The translations under genes were made by a program, and so were the position numbers. Below, in pieces: positions 59,796 through 64,000 of a stretch of DNA of 64,000 bases (its first letter is position 1; every line of letters starts with the position of its first letter). Origin of the DNA: Candidatus Angelobacter sp. (GTDB lineage: Bacteria > Bacteroidota > Bacteroidia > Flavobacteriales > Blattabacteriaceae). The DNA lies in assembly GCA_035643775.1 (NCBI GenBank), contig DASQPV010000016.1, forward strand, positions 90,529 through 154,528, given 5' to 3'. The notes beneath the pieces were generated by a model. That model had not been told where the DNA came from. It did not search any database and worked only from the letters and a program-made list of their open reading frames with translations.

Positions 59796-59856
59796 CAAAT
59801 TTTATATAGATGATGAAAATTAAAAAAGAACGTCTCAGTAATAAAAAACTAAAAAA

Positions 59857-61683
59857 GTGGGGTACAGAAAGGAAAATAATTCTAAAAAACAAGAAAAATC
59901 AAAATTTAAAAATAAAAAAAAGCTTAACCAATTAGAAAGATTAGGAAAAAAAAATTTAAAAAAAAGAAAAGAAAAGAATTATAAAAAGGAGAATAATCTA
60001 TTGAAAGTTACCGAGTTTATTACGGTAAACGAGTTTTCTTGCATGATGCAAGTATCTCCAAGAGAAGTTATTGTTACCTGTATGTCATTGGGTATTCATG
60101 CAACAATGAATCAGCGTCTTAATGCTGAAACGATTCTGCTTGTTGCAGATGAATTTGGATACAAAATTGAGTTCATAGATTTTCTCAATTCGGAAAAAGA
60201 AGATAATGAAAAGGATCTAAAATCTAGGCCTCCTGTTGTATCTGTAATGGGACATGTAGATCATGGAAAAACCTCATTACTAGACTATATTCTAAATACT
60301 AATAGAATTGCAGGAGAGTATGGGGGAATAACCCAGCATATAGGAGCTTACAGTGTAAAAAAAGGGATTGAGGTAACTTTTCTTGATACTCCAGGACACG
60401 AAGCCTTCACTGCTATGCGAGCAAGAGGAGTTCTAATTACGGATATTGCAATTATTGTGATTGCAGTAGATGCTCAGGTAATGCCTCAAACTAAAGAAGC
60501 TATAAGTCACGCACTAGCTGCCGGTGTCCCTATGATTTTTGCCATAAATAAAATAGATAAAACTGGATATAAAATTGAAAAAATATATGAACAACTTGCT
60601 AATATGAATATACTTGTAGAAAAATGGGGTGGTAAATTTCCAACCCAAGAAATATCAGCTAAAACTGGATATGGTATAGATAAATTAATGGAAAAAATTA
60701 TCTCAGCATCTGAGATACTGAATCTTAAAGCTAATCCTAATAAATTATCATCAGGTACTGTACTGGAATCTTCCATAGATAAAGGAAGAGGATATGTTTC
60801 TACGGTTCTTATTCAGGAAGGGACCCTTAGAACTGGAGATTATCTATTAGCTGGATCTTTTTATGGTAAAGTGAAAGTTATTCTAGATGAACGTAGAATT
60901 CCTATTCAGGAAGCTGGACCATCAAAACCAGTTACCATTATAGGATTAAATGGGGCTCCAAATGCAGGAGATAGATTTAGGGTTTTCAAGTCTGAAAAAG
61001 AAGTGAAGAGTATTGCTATCCGTAGGGGCCAGTTTAACAGAGAACAAAAGATGCGAATCCAAAAAAAGGTAATGTTGAATGAAGTGGAAAAACGCTTTTT
61101 TCTAAAAGATTTCAAAGAATTGAAAATAATCCTTAAGGTAGATGTAGATGGATCTTTAGAAGCTTTGATAGATGCTCTTCTTCGTTTATCTACTGAAGAA
61201 ATAAAAGTAAATATTATACATAAGGAAGTTGGATCTATTAAAGAGTCAGATGTTCTTTTAGCAAAGTCTTCTAATGCTATTATTATTGGATTCAATGTAC
61301 GACCTCTTTTTAGGTCTAAAAATTATGAAGGGGTTCAAATGAAACTTTATTCGGTGATTTATAACCTAATCGATGATATAAAAAGGATAATAGAAGATTT
61401 ACATAAGCCTAAAGATAAAATTATCGGAAAGGCTAAAATACGAGAAGTATTCAAAATACCAAGTGTAGGATCCATAGCTGGATGTGGAGTTACACATGGG
61501 AAAATAATAAGACCAGCTAAAGTTCGTCATATAAGAGGAGGAGTTGTTATTTATACAGGAGAACTCAGTTCTCTCAAAATCTTTAAAGAAGATGTAAAAG
61601 AAGTGAAAAATGGACAGGAATGCGGAGTATCTATAAAAAATTACAACGATTTATTAAGTGGAGATGTTCTAGAATTCTTTTAG
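59857..61683 (+). CDS. infB: translation initiation factor IF-2 (short form; start codon uncertain)
   Basis: 608 aa from GTG. Lys-rich N-terminus, IF2_N segment, and G domain VMGHVDHGKTSLLD, DTPGHEAF, NKIDK. There is no in-frame ATG before residue ~63. Confidence 0.93.
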   Translation: MGYRKENNSKKQEKSKFKNKKKLNQLERLGKKNLKKRKEKNYKKENNLLKVTEFITVNEFSCMMQVSPREVIVTCMSLGIHATMNQRLNAETILLVADEFGYKIEFIDFLNSEKEDNEKDLKSRPPVVSVMGHVDHGKTSLLDYILNTNRIAGEYGGITQHIGAYSVKKGIEVTFLDTPGHEAFTAMRARGVLITDIAIIVIAVDAQVMPQTKEAISHALAAGVPMIFAINKIDKTGYKIEKIYEQLANMNILVEKWGGKFPTQEISAKTGYGIDKLMEKIISASEILNLKANPNKLSSGTVLESSIDKGRGYVSTVLIQEGTLRTGDYLLAGSFYGKVKVILDERRIPIQEAGPSKPVTIIGLNGAPNAGDRFRVFKSEKEVKSIAIRRGQFNREQKMRIQKKVMLNEVEKRFFLKDFKELKIILKVDVDGSLEALIDALLRLSTEEIKVNIIHKEVGSIKESDVLLAKSSNAIIIGFNVRPLFRSKNYEGVQMKLYSVIYNLIDDIKRIIEDLHKPKDKIIGKAKIREVFKIPSVGSIAGCGVTHGKIIRPAKVRHIRGGVVIYTGELSSLKIFKEDVKEVKNGQECGVSIKNYNDLLSGDVLEFF

Positions 61684-61700
61684 AATGAATAAGAGCTTTA

Positions 61701-62924
61701 CTAGAGAAGCATTTTTTTTGCTTTTAAAATTCCTTCGCATAAATGGTCCACTTCTTCATCGTTATTATATACGCAAAAACTTACTCTTACAGTTCCGTTT
61801 ACACCTAAAAACCGCATTAAAGGTTGTGCGCAATGATATCCTGTTCGGACTGCAATTCCAAGCTGGTCTAGAATACTTCCCACGTCAAATGAATGAACGT
61901 CTTTAAGGTTAAAAGAGATAATTCCAGATCTAGGTTCATTATCTGCATATAAGAGAATTCCTTTTATATTTTTTAACCCATCAATAGTTCTATCCAAAAG
62001 GAACTTTTCATGTTTTTTTATTTTTTTCATTCTTATCTGCTTAATGAAATCAATGGAAGCAGACAAGGCAATAATTCCCTCTATATTTGGAGTTCCAGCT
62101 TCTTGTCTAAATGGTAAATCTGCATAAGTAGTTTTCTTAAAAATAACTTCTTTGATCATTTCTCCTCCTCCGTGTAAAGGATAAAGTTTTTCTAAAAAAG
62201 ATTCTTTTCCATAAAGAACACCAACACCAGTTGGTCCATACATTTTATGTGCGGAAAATACGTAAAAATCAGTTTCTAAATCCTGAACATTTACGTAATC
62301 GTTACATACAGCTTGTGCTCCATCTATTAAAGTTATAATTCCATATTGATGCGCTTTTTTAATGAAATATTGAATAGGAGTAACTATTCCTAAAACATTG
62401 GAAATATGACTAATCGCTAGTATTTTCACTTTATCTGAAAGCAGTTTTTCAAAACTTTCAATACATAATTGATTCTTATTATCTAGAGGGATAACTTTCA
62501 AAAGAGCTCCTGTCACCTGGCAAATTATTTGCCAAGGTACAATATTAGAATGGTGTTCCATTTGAGAAACGATTATCTCATCTCCCTCTTTTATGAAGGG
62601 CATAATCCCAGATGCAACTAAATTAATCGCTTCAGTTGTTCCTCTAGTAAAAATAATCTCGTTAGAATATTCAGCACAAATGAATTTTTGGATTTTTATT
62701 CTGCTTTTTTCCATAGTTTCAGTCGCTTTCTGGCTCAGGTAATGAGTACCCCTATGCACATTGGAATTTATTTCTTTGTAATAGTCTTCTATGGCTTTAA
62801 TTACTTTTTTGGGTTTTTGAGTAGTAGCTGCATTATCTAGGTAAATGCATGGTCTTCCGTAAATATTTCTTTCCAAAATGGGAAATTGATCACGTATATT
62901 TATGAATTCTTCTTTTGAATACAT
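61701..62924 (-). CDS. sufS: cysteine desulfurase SufS
   Basis: 407 aa. Motifs YLDNAATTQKP, PLP-Lys context SAHKMYGPTG, and active-site region RTGYHCAQP. Confidence 0.94.
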   Translation of the reverse strand: MYSKEEFINIRDQFPILERNIYGRPCIYLDNAATTQKPKKVIKAIEDYYKEINSNVHRGTHYLSQKATETMEKSRIKIQKFICAEYSNEIIFTRGTTEAINLVASGIMPFIKEGDEIIVSQMEHHSNIVPWQIICQVTGALLKVIPLDNKNQLCIESFEKLLSDKVKILAISHISNVLGIVTPIQYFIKKAHQYGIITLIDGAQAVCNDYVNVQDLETDFYVFSAHKMYGPTGVGVLYGKESFLEKLYPLHGGGEMIKEVIFKKTTYADLPFRQEAGTPNIEGIIALSASIDFIKQIRMKKIKKHEKFLLDRTIDGLKNIKGILLYADNEPRSGIISFNLKDVHSFDVGSILDQLGIAVRTGYHCAQPLMRFLGVNGTVRVSFCVYNNDEEVDHLCEGILKAKKMLL

Positions 62925-62932
62925 TTTAGTTC

Positions 62933-64000
62933 TTATTCCAAGATATTGAGATTTTTACGAACCATTTTACCAATGAACTCCATATCATCATCTAATATTT
63001 CTTTAATGAAAGAGAGTAGCATCAAATCCTTTGCCTTTTTTTCTGGGATTCCTCTAGATCGTAAATAAAATAAAGCTGATTCGCTTAACTGACCAACCGT
63101 ACAACCATGCGAGCACTTAACATCATCAGCAAATATTTCCAACTGGGGTTTTGCATTTATGCAAGATTCTTTAGATAGGAGAATATTAATACTTTTTTGA
63201 AAAGCATTAATTTTTTTAGCTTTTTTACGCACTACTATTTTTCCATTAAAAACTCCTTTAGCTTTTCCATAAAAAATGCTTTTGTAAAGTTCAGAACTAT
63301 TGCAAGTTGGATAACGATGATCTACTAAAGTATGATTATCAATTATCCCCTCTTTTAGAGAAATGCTTAATCCCTTTAATTGAGAATTAACTCCCTCATC
63401 ATTCTGAGAAATATGTAGATTATTTCTAATTAAACTTCCTTTAAGTGAAAAAGTATGGATAGAGAAAGAACTGTTCTTTTTTTGAACTATGAAAGTATTG
63501 TCCATCAATGAACTTTTAACAGGAAAATCTTGAATTTTAAGATATTTTATTTTACTATTAGGAGATGCATAAATTTCTGTAACTGAATTATTTAAAGCAT
63601 TATTTAAAGCTTCATTTTTCTTGTTCAGACATTGATGTCTTTCTATAATCTGGACAAAAGAACCTTCTTCTAAGACTATTAGATTTCTTGGAAAGTTAAT
63701 TTTAGAAGTAAAAAAATAAAGGATTTCAATAGGTTTTTTGACTAATGTTTTCTTTGGAAGATATACATAAACTCCATCTTTAGCAAAAGATGTATTTAAA
63801 GCCACCAAAGATTCCTTTTTAGGCGCAATTTTTGCGTAAAATTTTTCAATGATTGATTGATGCCTTGAACTTGAAAAGGCATCATATAATCTAAATACGT
63901 TTTTATTCATTATCTTAGATAGGGAAGAATGGAAAACACCATTGACAAAAATTATACGATAACTATCAAAATTCTTGAATAGATTTTTTTTTATATCTTC
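62933..64000 (-). CDS. sufD: Fe-S cluster assembly protein SufD, 5' end beyond window
   Basis: Track ORF 62933..63910 starts at an internal Met. The frame stays open upstream to position 64000 (..EDIKKNLFKNFDSYRIIFVNGVFHSSLSKI-MNKN..). SufD beta-helix C-terminal motifs are present (PQLEIFADDVKCSHGCTVGQL, ALFYLRSRGI). Confidence 0.88.
   Translation of the reverse strand, partial: EDIKKNLFKNFDSYRIIFVNGVFHSSLSKIMNKNVFRLYDAFSSSRHQSIIEKFYAKIAPKKESLVALNTSFAKDGVYVYLPKKTLVKKPIEILYFFTSKINFPRNLIVLEEGSFVQIIERHQCLNKKNEALNNALNNSVTEIYASPNSKIKYLKIQDFPVKSSLMDNTFIVQKKNSSFSIHTFSLKGSLIRNNLHISQNDEGVNSQLKGLSISLKEGIIDNHTLVDHRYPTCNSSELYKSIFYGKAKGVFNGKIVVRKKAKKINAFQKSINILLSKESCINAKPQLEIFADDVKCSHGCTVGQLSESALFYLRSRGIPEKKAKDLMLLSFIKEILDDDMEFIGKMVRKNLNILE

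Noticed and set aside
61685-61906. 73-aa + strand ORF after infB
   Set aside because: It is antisense to the 3' part of the conserved sufS gene and has no independent support.
1-64000. Alternative genetic code (UGA read as Trp), as in some tiny symbiont genomes
   Set aside because: TGA functions as a stop at several well-defined gene ends (aspS, fusA, rplN, rplR, rplQ, rpe), and conserved Trp positions are encoded by TGG. The standard bacterial code fits everywhere.
1-64000. CRISPR arrays, transposases/IS elements, prophage, toxin-antitoxin or defence islands, secretion systems
   Set aside because: There are no spaced direct repeats of CRISPR type. All repeats found are short (12-21 bp) tandem duplications. 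Every long ORF but one has a clear housekeeping identity. I found no evidence for a novel multi-gene system in this window.

Overview
The window is a strongly AT-rich, very tightly packed stretch of a reduced bacterial genome. Gene content and order point to a Flavobacteriia/Bacteroidetes-type insect nutritional endosymbiont (Sulcia/Blattabacterium/Uzinura/Walczuchella-like); I cannot name the species from sequence alone. The supporting features are rpsL-rpsG-fusA-rpsJ followed by the S10/spc/alpha ribosomal cluster, a fused DAHP synthase/chorismate mutase, long YidC and LepB forms, and a suf operon.

Nearly everything is housekeeping or amino-acid biosynthesis:
- Aminoacyl-tRNA synthetases: ileS, aspS, alaS.
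- Aromatic pathway: pheA, DAHPS/CM, aroE, aroC.
- Threonine, lysine and methionine genes: hom-thrB-thrC, dapB, metE.
- One-carbon metabolism: glyA, folC.
- TCA genes: sucA-sucB-sucC-lpdA.
- Chaperones and proteases: lon, ftsH, dnaK.
- Membrane insertion and secretion: yidC, secY, lepB.
- About 35 translation genes, 5 tRNAs and sufS/sufD.

I see no mobile elements, CRISPR arrays, defence, toxin or secretion systems, so I do not claim a novel multi-gene system here. The observations worth a second look are signatures of genome erosion and unannotated RNA:
1. A heavily decayed enolase pseudogene after rplQ that carries three short tandem duplications.
2. A ~95-nt SRP (4.5S) RNA on the minus strand directly after that pseudogene. 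It is invisible to an ORF track.
3. An outer-membrane beta-barrel gene split by a frameshift at a poly(A) tract, which is a candidate for rescue by transcriptional slippage.
4. A 331-bp non-coding gap (9818-10148) that may hold a diverged RNase P RNA or a gene remnant.
5. No room for rpmC (L29), rplX (L24) or rpmD (L30) in the ribosomal cluster.
6. A homoserine dehydrogenase without the aspartokinase half.
7. An initiator-like tRNA directly upstream of infB with no rimP or nusA between them.
8. Extreme compaction: divergent start codons 9-14 bp apart, and 3' ends that overlap, including one with a tRNA.

All coordinates for re-called starts, tRNAs and repeats were counted by hand from the printed sequence and should be re-verified computationally.
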